A stretch of 64,000 nucleotides of DNA from Thermotogota bacterium (lineage in GTDB: Bacteria; Hydrothermota; Hydrothermia; LBFQ01). The notes below the pieces were generated by a model. The model was not told the origin of the DNA. It did not search any database and saw only the letters and a list, made by a program, of their open reading frames with translations. Position 1 is the stretch's first letter, and each line of letters begins with the position of its first letter. Both the position numbers and the translations under genes were made by a program. The DNA is taken from NCBI GenBank assembly GCA_013154295.1, contig JAADCS010000168.1:3141-67140 (forward strand), given 5' to 3'. Shown piece by piece: positions 37,253 through 46,021 of this stretch.

Positions 37253-37543
37253 ATGCTGGGCATCTTGGTGGTGGAAATCCATTTGCCTTTTGTGCGTTCA
37301 TTAAAGGAAAAGCGGAAGTATATTCATAGGTTGAGAGCCATATCTCGCGAGTTCAACGCTGCTTTCTCGGAACTGGAAAACCGAGATAAATGGCAATTAA
37401 CCACCGTTGCCTATGTGTTGGTTGGAAACGGTTCGCAAGGTTTAGACTCCATCCTTGAACGTATCTTGGACAGGATAGATGAACGCTATGAGATCCTAAG
37501 CGCCCGAAAACGCATAGAACCCATATCCCTGGACATACTGTGA
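37253..37543 (+). CDS. DUF503 (YlxP-like) protein
   Basis: LGILVVEIHLPFVRSLKEKRKYIHRL...ELENRDKWQLTTVAYVLVGN is typical of DUF503. 96 aa. Confidence 0.8.
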   Translation: MLGILVVEIHLPFVRSLKEKRKYIHRLRAISREFNAAFSELENRDKWQLTTVAYVLVGNGSQGLDSILERILDRIDERYEILSARKRIEPISLDIL

Positions 37544-38397
37544 ACTTTCGGGATGTTCTGAAAGAGTTAGAAGACCTCTCCACCGAAAGGAAGGAGGTAG
37601 ATCTAAGTGAACTATCACCTGGTGAAATTGTACAAAGGCTCGCCGAGGAGAACGCACGGGCTATACTGAAGATAGTCTCCAGCTCAAAGAAGATCGTGAG
37701 ATTGGCAACGTGGTGGGCCGAAACTTTAAAGGGTGGCGGTAGGATCGTTCTGCTGGGAGCAGGTACATCGGGACGGCTGGCCATAATGGAAGCGGCCGAG
37801 ATGTTCCCTACCTTCGGTATAGCCAGGGACAGGGTCGTAGGGCTAATAGCAGGAGGTAAAGATTCTGTCTTCGCTTCCAAGGAAGGAGCGGAGGACTCTG
37901 AACGTGGGGGGAAAAGAGCCGTGACGCGGCTGGGACTGGGTCCCAAGGATCTGGTTATAGGCCTATCCGCCTCCGGAAGAACCCCCTACGTGGCAGGGGC
38001 CATTCTCAAAGCCGAAGAACTCGGCGCACGCACTGCACTGATCACTACGAATCCTTGCTCCTACGTGAGGATAGATGCCCAGCTGCGTATATGTGTGGAT
38101 GTGGGTTACGAACTTCTTCCGGGTTCCACCCGTATGAAGTCGGCCACAGTGCAGAAGGTCATACTAAATGCAGTTTCACTTATAGGGGCTGTAATCATGG
38201 GTAAGGTGGAGAGGGGAAGGATGGTGGGAATGATCCCTACCTCACAAAAACTAAAAGCGCGGGCCGTAAGGACATTGATGGAAGAGTTTAACTTAGAAGA
38301 GGAGGATGCCGAGAGGATCTTAGAGGAATCCGGTTGGGATATGAAAGAGGCCTTCAGGTTAGCGGAGTTACATTCAACTTCTTCAGGTAGGATCTAA
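37540..38397 (+). CDS. murQ: N-acetylmuramic acid 6-phosphate etherase
   Basis: SIS domain GGRIVLLGAGTSGRLAIMEAAEMFPTFG, GLSASGRTPYV, GSTRMKSATVQK. Confidence 0.9.
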   Translation: MNFRDVLKELEDLSTERKEVDLSELSPGEIVQRLAEENARAILKIVSSSKKIVRLATWWAETLKGGGRIVLLGAGTSGRLAIMEAAEMFPTFGIARDRVVGLIAGGKDSVFASKEGAEDSERGGKRAVTRLGLGPKDLVIGLSASGRTPYVAGAILKAEELGARTALITTNPCSYVRIDAQLRICVDVGYELLPGSTRMKSATVQKVILNAVSLIGAVIMGKVERGRMVGMIPTSQKLKARAVRTLMEEFNLEEEDAERILEESGWDMKEAFRLAELHSTSSGRI

Positions 38398-39193
38398 CGC
38401 TTTCGACCAGAGAAACGGGTTTCAGATCCAGTCTGGTAGATAGAAGAACCGAACTGCGAGGACGAATTTTCATAGCGACACCAGCCGGAAGTTGATGAAG
38501 ACGCGAGCCGGATCCCAGATCCGACGCCAGAAGGAGGGCAGCCCTAAAGGGTGTGGTGGGAACCGACCCTACCACGTGGTATATACCACCCCTCGGGAAA
38601 TTCTCCACCATCTCCAGTAAAACCTGGGCCAGAAAGGGGGAATAGGTGGGAACGCTTACCTGCTCGTCGTGGGCGTATATGTCCTCACCTTTTATGAGTT
38701 TCAGAGGAAGACGGCTTAAAAAGTTGCGTCCTCCGGGCCCGAAAAGCCAAGATGTGCGTACTACCACCGCTTCGGGGAACTCTTCCAAAACGTATATCTC
38801 ACCAAGAAGTTTGCTCTTTCCATACACACCCAAAGGTTGAGGAAGAGAATCCTCAGCGTAGAAACCCACCCTTCCATCAAAAACGTAATCGCTAGAAACG
38901 TGTATCAGTCGCACTCCGTTCCTTCTACACCATGAGGCTAAGAGCTTTGGAAATTGAGCATTTACCAAAAGAGCGGAGACCGGATCCCTCTCGGCGCCGT
39001 CTACGTCGGTGTATGCAGCCGCATTTATAACCACGTTTACATTCTCGAGGAAAGTGTCTAAAAATCTTGATGCATCCTTCGTGTTTCGCAGGTCAAAATC
39101 ATCTCGACTGTGAAACTTGCCAGTCTTCAACCTGTCTCTCAAAGCTCTTCCCAACGTTCCCGTGGAACCTAAAATCGCTATCATGGAGCCCAT
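38354..39193 (-). CDS. rfbD: dTDP-4-dehydrorhamnose reductase
   Basis: IAILGSTGTLGRAL, VVINAAAYTDVDGAE, HVSSDYVFDG. 3' end overlaps the murQ 3' end by 44 nt. Confidence 0.8.
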   Translation of the reverse strand: MGSMIAILGSTGTLGRALRDRLKTGKFHSRDDFDLRNTKDASRFLDTFLENVNVVINAAAYTDVDGAERDPVSALLVNAQFPKLLASWCRRNGVRLIHVSSDYVFDGRVGFYAEDSLPQPLGVYGKSKLLGEIYVLEEFPEAVVVRTSWLFGPGGRNFLSRLPLKLIKGEDIYAHDEQVSVPTYSPFLAQVLLEMVENFPRGGIYHVVGSVPTTPFRAALLLASDLGSGSRLHQLPAGVAMKIRPRSSVLLSTRLDLKPVSLVESVRSYLKKLNVTPLT

Positions 39194-40878
39194 TCTAAAT
39201 TGGAACCGAAGGGACTATCCAGGAGGAATCGGTACATGTGGTAGGTTCGCATAACCCTCCGTACGTAGTTGCGAGTCTCGTTATAAGGAATAATATCTAC
39301 GAATAAATAGAAATCCAAAAGTTCATACCCGTAATCGCACAACCAACGGTTCAAAGCGGCGTGTCCCGCGTTGTAAGCGGCGGCGGATAGATGAGGTGAG
39401 ACGTACTCTTCCATAGCCAATGAAAGAAGCCAAGCTCCCACCCGCAGGTTCGTTAGGGGGTCGTACCTGTTTCTTATTCTCTCACCGAAGATCTCTCGAA
39501 ACCGCTTGAAGTTAAAGGGCATAACTTGGGCTAATCCTATAGCTCCTACCCTGGATCGGGCCTTACTCCTAAACCGGGACTCCTCCCTCACGATAGCCCT
39601 TAGGAGTAGAGGATCTACACCGAATTCCCTGGCTGCCGAATCTATCTCCCGGCGATAGATGCTTAGGGGAAAGGACATCTCGGCCCACCACCGAGGAATA
39701 CCCCTCTCCTTAGGCATCCTTGAATACAGAGCTGCCAAAAAATACGAAAGACGTAGAAAATTACCCTCCCTATGGAGTTCTTTGGCCCGTCTGTAAGCCG
39801 ACGGCACATCCTTGAGGTACCACTCTACGGCTACGAACCAACCGGCTATCTCCTCCAAAATTTTACCTATCCGGTAATTCCTTAGGGAGCCTAAAGTATC
39901 CCATGCAGAGTCGTTCCACACGGGTCGTAGCCCCAATTCCAGTGAGTAGTAACTGATCGGGTTGTACCTCTTGAGGTCCTCCAGGTGTTCTTTCCTTCCG
40001 GTTATACGGTAGAGCCAAAACGTCGCCTGGGTCCAAGCGAAAGATCCCTTTCGGGCCTTTTCACGAGCCTTAGAGAACCATCCGTAAGCATCCTCAAGAT
40101 AATGCACACCGTAAGCTCCAAGACCCAACCAAACCAGAGCCGACGCGGAAAGGATATCGGGATCAGCGGTAGATCTTAACCTCACGTATAGGTCCGACCC
40201 CTCATATCTTAAAAAAGGTTTGGCCACTTCCGAGGACATCACCCTGTAAGCTCTTTCATAATCACCAAGCTTTATCAGTTCCAAAAGAGCCAACCGTATG
40301 GAATCGTAGTTCTCTGCATTCAAGTAACGCACCAACGCATCTATCAGGGGTCCTTTCCTAAATTTAGGGGGAAGTTGGAGGATCTGGTCGTAGGTTATAC
40401 CGGAAACTTTCCACTTGGCCAGTAGATAGTAGGAACGCTGTCGAGGATCGGAAGTATCTGCCAACTTGAGTACCTCCTTGTAACGCCCGTTTCTGTAGAG
40501 GACCATCAGCTTGAGGACGGGAGAGATGCTCATGTTCAATACTTGCTTTGCCTCACGGCTTTTTGGGAATTTTCTTGCTATCTTTATAAGATAGTCAATT
40601 TTGTTGGTTTTTTTGTAAAGGAACGATAAAACCGTATAGGTTTCGGGGCAAGGGGGGATTTTTACAGCTGAAGATCTTTTATCCGCCGCGTACTCGCATG
40701 CCAACCTACAGGCAGTCCTATTATCCTTGCATATTCTCTTTAAAAGGCGTGCGTAGGCACTCTTAGGCGTGGATGGATCCTTCATCTTGGCGTAAAGGAG
40801 ATAGGGTTCTATCTCCGGATAGGTTCCGATCAGTGAATCCCATTGCCTCACTGTTAGGCCCAAAAGTATCGGCAACAC
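39181..40878 (-). CDS. soluble lytic murein transglycosylase (Slt family)
   Basis: Superhelical N-terminal repeats. C-terminal catalytic EESRFRSKARSRVGAIGLAQVMP...AAAYNAGHAALNRW. GTG start. Confidence 0.8.
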   Translation of the reverse strand: MLPILLGLTVRQWDSLIGTYPEIEPYLLYAKMKDPSTPKSAYARLLKRICKDNRTACRLACEYAADKRSSAVKIPPCPETYTVLSFLYKKTNKIDYLIKIARKFPKSREAKQVLNMSISPVLKLMVLYRNGRYKEVLKLADTSDPRQRSYYLLAKWKVSGITYDQILQLPPKFRKGPLIDALVRYLNAENYDSIRLALLELIKLGDYERAYRVMSSEVAKPFLRYEGSDLYVRLRSTADPDILSASALVWLGLGAYGVHYLEDAYGWFSKAREKARKGSFAWTQATFWLYRITGRKEHLEDLKRYNPISYYSLELGLRPVWNDSAWDTLGSLRNYRIGKILEEIAGWFVAVEWYLKDVPSAYRRAKELHREGNFLRLSYFLAALYSRMPKERGIPRWWAEMSFPLSIYRREIDSAAREFGVDPLLLRAIVREESRFRSKARSRVGAIGLAQVMPFNFKRFREIFGERIRNRYDPLTNLRVGAWLLSLAMEEYVSPHLSAAAYNAGHAALNRWLCDYGYELLDFYLFVDIIPYNETRNYVRRVMRTYHMYRFLLDSPFGSNLEWAP

Positions 40879-40885
40879 GGTAGGT

Positions 40886-40891
40886 ATTATA
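40886..40891 (-). promoter_or_regulatory. -10 box, leaderless-type promoter of slt
   Basis: The minus strand reads GCTTATAATACCTACC-GTG (7 nt spacer). Confidence 0.45.
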
Positions 40892-40904
40892 AGCCCCTTT
40901 TGAA

Positions 40905-40924
40905 GGTTGTGTGACTACACAACC
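40905..40924. promoter_or_regulatory. perfect 8-bp inverted repeat (candidate operator) between two divergent -10 boxes
   Basis: GGTTGTGT-GACT-ACACAACC. Lies 13 nt from the slt -10 box and 4 nt from the barrel-gene -10 box. Confidence 0.35.
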
Positions 40925-40928
40925 ACTG

Positions 40929-40934
40929 TAAAAT
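40929..40934 (+). promoter_or_regulatory. -10 box upstream of the outer-membrane barrel ORF
   Basis: CTGTAAAATAACTGT-CTG. Same TAAAATAAC core as the ZIP promoter. Confidence 0.4.
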
Positions 40935-40940
40935 AACTGT

Positions 40941-42320
40941 CTGGTTGGTCTTTTAGAGGTTAGCCATTACTTCTACGACGACTATGGTTGGACGGATGTA
41001 CTTTTCCAAACTCCTTACTTTCACCTGGCTGCCCAAGAATACGTATCTCTATCCATAAACAAACGTACCCAGAAGCTTTCGTTCACCTACCGTCAAAGTT
41101 GGTGGGAGGTTTTCTCTGACAATATAAGATCCTCCTCGGCTGGTGAGTACTCCTTGGGTCTTAGATACGTGCAGGATCATTGGAGGATTGGGGTGGATGC
41201 GAGGGTGATAGGTTCGGAACAGTATATAAACAACTCCGGTCTGGTGGTTGAGTACACCAGGAGTTTCGGGAGAGGACGTCTTGAACTGCGTCCCCTTCTG
41301 AAGTCTCTGGAGTTAAGAGGGTCACCTCATCTTAAGATTCAGGGGCACGGTTTGGGAATACTTTTGGCGTATACGCGTGCCATTTACAGCCTCCCTTCCT
41401 ACTCGGAGGATCTGCGAAGATACGAATTTTTGCCCTATCTGGAAAGGGAAGGATGGCTCTCCTATCGTTTCTCGGCGGGATATTCATCCAAGGAGTACCC
41501 CTCGTCACCCATCAAAAGCCAAAGGAGATGGAAGGCACAAGGTAGAACCTCCCTGAAGGTTGATATGGGCACCTTCGTCCATCGTTTTAAAATCGTGGGA
41601 GAGATCAGCCGGGTCAATTATCCGGGTATCTCGGAACCTACCGGAGGCGTAGAGGAAATGAGCTCCTTCGAGTACACCCCCGAAATCTTTAACAGGTTCA
41701 TCCTTCGGATGGGGGTTAGCCGTACCCTGAACCTATACCAAGGTGCCATGCGAAGTCAATCCATGGCCTACAGAGATATGATAGTGGGAGGAAGGTTAAA
41801 CTGGAGGGAGTGGAATGTATATCTTCGTAGACGGCGGGAGGATTACGTGCTTATAGATGCCAGCCGATCCTCGGATACACGCACTCTGATCAGGTACCTT
41901 TTGGGAACGGAACGTTTCTGGAAAAACCTAACCTTCGCCTCGGAAATAGTGGCCATCTATACGCTATACCGGTTCAAACCGGCCGATAACTCCCTGTACA
42001 GGTACCTGGATCTGGAAATGCATTACCGAAAGGAAAAGGAACTACATCTGAGGTTGAGATTTTGGGACAGGGGGCGCTTTGTCGCTGACAGCTCCATATA
42101 CTACCGTCTGATACGCAAGTTTGACATCTACAGTTCCGGCTGGATACCAGCGGTGAGCCTGGGGAAGGGAAAGGTAGGATTGACCTACGAGGTGCGACCC
42201 GATAACGTCGGCGTGGGCGTGGCCTCACGGTTCCCAGGTGGTGAGATGGCGGCCATGAAACGCAAAGAGAAGGGCAAAGAGTTCTGGAACTTCTCTTTGA
42301 AGGTGTCCCTTAACTTTTGA
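40941..42320 (+). CDS. outer-membrane beta-barrel protein, start codon unresolved (frame open from 40932; first canonical start TTG 41154)
   Basis: Alternating beta-strand pattern continues upstream of 41154 (EVSHYFYDDYGWTDVLFQ...LSFTYRQSWWEVF). C-terminal beta-signal ...FSLKVSLNF ends in Phe. The only in-frame start-like codons upstream are CTG 40941 and CTG 41025. Confidence 0.45.
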   Translation: MVGLLEVSHYFYDDYGWTDVLFQTPYFHLAAQEYVSLSINKRTQKLSFTYRQSWWEVFSDNIRSSSAGEYSLGLRYVQDHWRIGVDARVIGSEQYINNSGLVVEYTRSFGRGRLELRPLLKSLELRGSPHLKIQGHGLGILLAYTRAIYSLPSYSEDLRRYEFLPYLEREGWLSYRFSAGYSSKEYPSSPIKSQRRWKAQGRTSLKVDMGTFVHRFKIVGEISRVNYPGISEPTGGVEEMSSFEYTPEIFNRFILRMGVSRTLNLYQGAMRSQSMAYRDMIVGGRLNWREWNVYLRRRREDYVLIDASRSSDTRTLIRYLLGTERFWKNLTFASEIVAIYTLYRFKPADNSLYRYLDLEMHYRKEKELHLRLRFWDRGRFVADSSIYYRLIRKFDIYSSGWIPAVSLGKGKVGLTYEVRPDNVGVGVASRFPGGEMAAMKRKEKGKEFWNFSLKVSLNF

Positions 42321-42331
42321 CTTTACCGCTG

Positions 42332-42337
42332 TACAAT
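42332..42337 (+). promoter_or_regulatory. -10 box, leaderless-type promoter of the BNR-repeat gene
   Basis: CTGTACAATAGAAGGGAC-ATG (9 nt spacer to ATG 42347). Confidence 0.45.
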
Positions 42338-42346
42338 AGAAGGGAC

Positions 42347-43657
42347 ATGTTGATCGTGCTTTTGGGAGATGTACCCTTCACTACGATAAGGGTCGACAAT
42401 AGACCTGACACCACCAGTCACATGGAAGTTTCTGGGGCAGTTCTCTATGAAGTCGGAGGCGTAGGATGGATAAGCGATGTGAGTGGTGGGAACGACTACG
42501 AGGCCTCCTCGGACTCCGGTCGCACCTGGGGAGCACCGCGGGGGTTTTCCAGCGAATGCTGTGATCCCGTAGTAAGAATAACCGATACGGTTATACATCG
42601 TATATACTTGGGTGGTTACGAGACGGGCTACGCCAAGACTTACGACTACGGCATTACGTGGACTATCCCCCAAAATATAAGCGCATGCAACAGTACGGAT
42701 CATCCATGGATCGCATACCGTAACGATACGTTAGTAGTTATCTACGCCGACTACTGCAGCTATGAACTCCGATCGGCCTATTCATACGACAACGGCGATT
42801 CCTGGGCAAGGGCAACGGTTTCACCGAGTGGAGGCGTACCCATGGCTGCCCAGGACGACTCACTCTTCTATGCCCTGTGGTGGGATTACTCATCCCCTTG
42901 CATATACATAAAAGTGGCCTCCTCCCTTGACGGTGCCACCTGGTCGGGATCCTCTACCGCAGCGTGTATGAGTACTGACATCTCCTCCAACCCTTATCCA
43001 GCGGGGTATCAAGGAGCCGGTTGGGGTAAGGGAAATTTAGCCGTGGTGTATATGGCCGATGCCGGATACTACAGCTGGGACGTTGAGGTCGTGGTGTCTA
43101 ACGACGGTGGAAGAACCTGGAGTAGTCCCGTTAAGGTATCCGATCAACCCTCCGCCAACGAGTACATGCCCGCCATCGCCTCCGATCCCTACGGGAACCT
43201 CCACGTGTTCTGGTACGATGATAGGGCCGGTTCCGGCCAATGGGCCTTGTATTACTCCAAATCCGAGGATGGAGGTACCACCTGGCAACCAGCTATCAGA
43301 GTAACCGACTACTACTTCCCCTTTATAGATAGAAGCGGGTGCGGGGGAGCCAGCAATGTGGGCTACTCCGGAGACTGTTGGCCCGGCCACTACATAGACG
43401 CTTGGGCCGATAGTAATTACGTTTACGTCTTCTTTTCCGATAACAGCGTCGTCGACCACTGGCACGTTTTCATGGCCTACGCTCCCGTCGTGTGGACGGG
43501 GATCACAGAAAGTGAAAGGGCTATCGTAGACTATGAAAACGTAGAGATCTATTCCGCCGACGGACGCCGCATTCTAATCGGGGGCATTGAAAAATTACCC
43601 GCCGGCGTATACTTTGTGCGCACGCGGAAGGGTTTCAAAAAGGTGATAAGGAGGTGA
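42347..43657 (+). CDS. BNR/Asp-box repeat (sialidase-fold) protein with T9SS-type C-terminal sorting domain
   Basis: Six Asp-boxes: SSDSGRTWG, TYDYGITWT, SYDNGDSWA, SSLDGATWS, VSNDGGRTWS, SKSEDGGTTWQ. C-terminus VEIYSADGRRILIGGIEKLPAGVYFVRTRKGFKKVIR. Start taken at M11 of the track ORF. Confidence 0.7.
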   Translation: MLIVLLGDVPFTTIRVDNRPDTTSHMEVSGAVLYEVGGVGWISDVSGGNDYEASSDSGRTWGAPRGFSSECCDPVVRITDTVIHRIYLGGYETGYAKTYDYGITWTIPQNISACNSTDHPWIAYRNDTLVVIYADYCSYELRSAYSYDNGDSWARATVSPSGGVPMAAQDDSLFYALWWDYSSPCIYIKVASSLDGATWSGSSTAACMSTDISSNPYPAGYQGAGWGKGNLAVVYMADAGYYSWDVEVVVSNDGGRTWSSPVKVSDQPSANEYMPAIASDPYGNLHVFWYDDRAGSGQWALYYSKSEDGGTTWQPAIRVTDYYFPFIDRSGCGGASNVGYSGDCWPGHYIDAWADSNYVYVFFSDNSVVDHWHVFMAYAPVVWTGITESERAIVDYENVEIYSADGRRILIGGIEKLPAGVYFVRTRKGFKKVIRR

Positions 43658-43660
43658 AAT

Positions 43661-44026
43661 ATGCTCTGGATACTCACCTGGATGGCAACGGACGAGGGGG
43701 TTATAATATCTCAAAGGATCAGGGGTGACTACGTCGTGGAGGCTGCAGGAATCGTGTATGAGACTGTGGAACATGGAGCTAAAACAGTTAGCTTCAAGCT
43801 GCGCACACTCCTTACCACTCCGGTTAAGGTTGAAATAAAGTACTGGTATGATGGAGAGTTTTACCTTAAGGAAGTACAGCTCTCACCAGGCTCACACGCT
43901 TTAAGCTTTAACCTCACCGAAAGGGATGGCGTACTCCTACCCACCCGTTCCATAGGAGCGCGACCCACCGTTATAACCGTAAAATCCGAAGGTCCAATCC
44001 TGCTTTCCGAAGTTGAAGCCCGATAG
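43661..44026 (+). CDS. hypothetical small beta-rich protein
   Basis: 121 aa. AGGAGGTG SD 4 nt upstream. N-terminus MLWILTWMA. No family recognised. Confidence 0.4.
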   Translation: MLWILTWMATDEGVIISQRIRGDYVVEAAGIVYETVEHGAKTVSFKLRTLLTTPVKVEIKYWYDGEFYLKEVQLSPGSHALSFNLTERDGVLLPTRSIGARPTVITVKSEGPILLSEVEAR

Positions 44027-44046
44027 AGAAAACAACCTTGCGGGTG

Positions 44047-44052
44047 TAAAAT
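44047..44052 (+). promoter_or_regulatory. -10 box, leaderless-type promoter of the propeller gene
   Basis: GGTGTAAAATCTCCTCT-ATG (7 nt spacer). Confidence 0.45.
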
Positions 44053-44059
44053 CTCCTCT

Positions 44060-45994
44060 ATGCTCTTCCTTTTAAGCCAGGGATGGCAGTTGTGGACCAA
44101 CACCGAGTTGTTGTTGGATGTGTGCCGCCGGAACGATACCGTTTTCATGGCAACGGCCGGAGGTCTTCTCCTAAGCGACGGTGGTACGATCCTCAAGAGC
44201 TTTACAAAGATGGACGGTCTGCGCAGCACGCAGGTTATATCTGTAGCCTGCGAGGAGGGAGGTCTATGGGTTCTAACGCGGGGAGGACTTCAGTACTTTG
44301 AAGATGGTTCGTTTAAAGATATTAACCTCATAACCTTTGATGATCCCGAAGAGATTCTAGGAGCTCGTAGGATAAGGAAAAGGGGAGACTTTCTCTTCAT
44401 TCTGGGTAAGACCAAACCTACTGCACTCCGTTTAAGTGATACGGTTGAGATCCCATTCCCAAGGAGCATCGCTTCCGCCAACGGCTTAAAACTATTTGGG
44501 GACAGTATCGTGGTGGTGGGTACCGGTTGGGCCTTTATAGCACCCACCGATAGCTTCTACGTGGAGTCCGCCTGGGACACGTTGTTCACCGGATACGACG
44601 TTTTGGACGTTGATACCTTCGGTGGTAGTTGGGTATTTGCCACCCGTTCTGGCCTTAGAGACACTTTGGGCAACGTCTCCTTAGATTCGGTGGAGGTCTC
44701 GGCCGTCCTTTCCCTTAACGACACTCTCTGGATAGCAGCCCTTAGGGCCCTCTTCAAGCTTCCGGAGGTGGGAGGTGATACCCAGCGAGTTAGAGACGGA
44801 GATGTGCGGTTTTTGGGAAGAGGATACGTCAGTTTCGGTTATCTGCGAGATCCTTCCTACATGATAGGGCTGGGGATATACAGACTTCCAGATATGTGGC
44901 GCCTTAAAACGGGAGGTTTAGGCTTCACTTCTATAACCGGTATGGTAGAACTGGGGGACAGTCTTATTCTCTGTGGTAAAGGGGTGGAGTATTCCTGCGC
45001 CGTTTGGCCTATGGGTCATACCTTCAACACTCTATTCGTCAATACCCTCAAGTATGCCAGGGGTTGGCTCTGGATAGGTTATCACGGTTTTGGAGTAAAA
45101 GCCTACAGACCCGATATGTCGGACACCATCACCATAAGACCCTCGGATTTGAACGATTACGCTTACGTCTTTGACTTTGCAGAGTTCAACGGCAAACTCT
45201 ACACCACCGCTTGGAACTCCTTCGGCTTTTCCAAGGTGTTCGCTATAGAGGATTCAACGGCCGAACCCACCACCATAGTAGGATCCGGCTACCACTTCCT
45301 TTACTCCACCGAAGAGAATCTCGTGGTATGTTCCGAGGGAGAGTGTAAGTTCTACGATGGGGATCTGCGACCGGTGGGTTCCATTCCCATAGGTGCCAAC
45401 GTGATGTTTCGCCGTGGCGATACTCTTCTGGTAGGTAACGACCAGGGTCTTTATGTGGTTTCGCTTCGCACGTTAACCCATGATGGTCCATACCTCCAGG
45501 GCCATCAGATAACGGGTCTCTGGGTGGGTCTTGATGGGAAGGTTTGGGTAGCCGACAATACGGGTCTCCTCATATTAGATGAGAATTTCAACCTCGTTAA
45601 ATCCTACACCCCCGAAAACTCACCTTTGGCTGGGTATCCTGTATCCATAACCTCCTACTTCCCTCTGCGCTACACCCTACTCGCCAATCCGGACGAAAAC
45701 CGCCTCTATATATCTACCGACGGTGGTCTTAGTATCCTGACCTCACCGGAGGTCGTGGCGGGATGGGAGATCAACTCGCTGGTCTATCCCAATCCCGCAC
45801 GTCGTGGTCAAACCGTTAGGGTAAAGAACTGTCCTATAGACGCGAGGCTCACCCTCTATACGCTCTCCGGTACCAGGATTAAGGAGAATCGGGGATGCAG
45901 TCTGGTCGTTAACGTGCCTCCCGGTCTGTATATGCTTGCTGTCGTAGGATCACAGGGAAGAAAGGTCCTCAAGGTGGTGGTACAGGAGAGGTAA
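44060..45994 (+). CDS. beta-propeller (two-component-regulator-propeller-like) protein with T9SS-type C-terminal sorting domain
   Basis: Repeated ..GGL..F/Y.. propeller blades (GGLLLSDGG, RGGLQYFEDG, TDGGLSIL). C-terminus LVYPNPARRGQTVRVKN...LTLYTLSGTRI...VPPGLYMLAVVGSQGRKVLKVVV matches the Por_Secre_tail pattern. Confidence 0.65.
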   Translation: MLFLLSQGWQLWTNTELLLDVCRRNDTVFMATAGGLLLSDGGTILKSFTKMDGLRSTQVISVACEEGGLWVLTRGGLQYFEDGSFKDINLITFDDPEEILGARRIRKRGDFLFILGKTKPTALRLSDTVEIPFPRSIASANGLKLFGDSIVVVGTGWAFIAPTDSFYVESAWDTLFTGYDVLDVDTFGGSWVFATRSGLRDTLGNVSLDSVEVSAVLSLNDTLWIAALRALFKLPEVGGDTQRVRDGDVRFLGRGYVSFGYLRDPSYMIGLGIYRLPDMWRLKTGGLGFTSITGMVELGDSLILCGKGVEYSCAVWPMGHTFNTLFVNTLKYARGWLWIGYHGFGVKAYRPDMSDTITIRPSDLNDYAYVFDFAEFNGKLYTTAWNSFGFSKVFAIEDSTAEPTTIVGSGYHFLYSTEENLVVCSEGECKFYDGDLRPVGSIPIGANVMFRRGDTLLVGNDQGLYVVSLRTLTHDGPYLQGHQITGLWVGLDGKVWVADNTGLLILDENFNLVKSYTPENSPLAGYPVSITSYFPLRYTLLANPDENRLYISTDGGLSILTSPEVVAGWEINSLVYPNPARRGQTVRVKNCPIDARLTLYTLSGTRIKENRGCSLVVNVPPGLYMLAVVGSQGRKVLKVVVQER

Positions 45995-46006
45995 AACCTA
46001 CCCCCT

Positions 46007-46012
46007 TAGAAT
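46007..46012 (+). promoter_or_regulatory. -10 box, leaderless-type promoter of mtaB
   Basis: CCTTAGAATTAATAGGTC-TTG (9 nt spacer). Confidence 0.45.
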
Positions 46013-46021
46013 TAATAGGTC

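Noticed and set aside
42317-45994. BNR gene, 121-aa ORF and propeller gene are all in the same reading frame, each separated by a single stop (TGA, TAG). The same is true for 2110/2968 and 12424/13687. This could mean stop-codon readthrough or recoding.
   Set aside because: All three stop codons are involved, so reassignment is unlikely. The upstream proteins end in C-terminal sorting or terminal motifs that must be C-terminal. The downstream genes have their own SD or -10 box. About half of the adjacent pairs I checked share a frame, which is not compelling with so few pairs.
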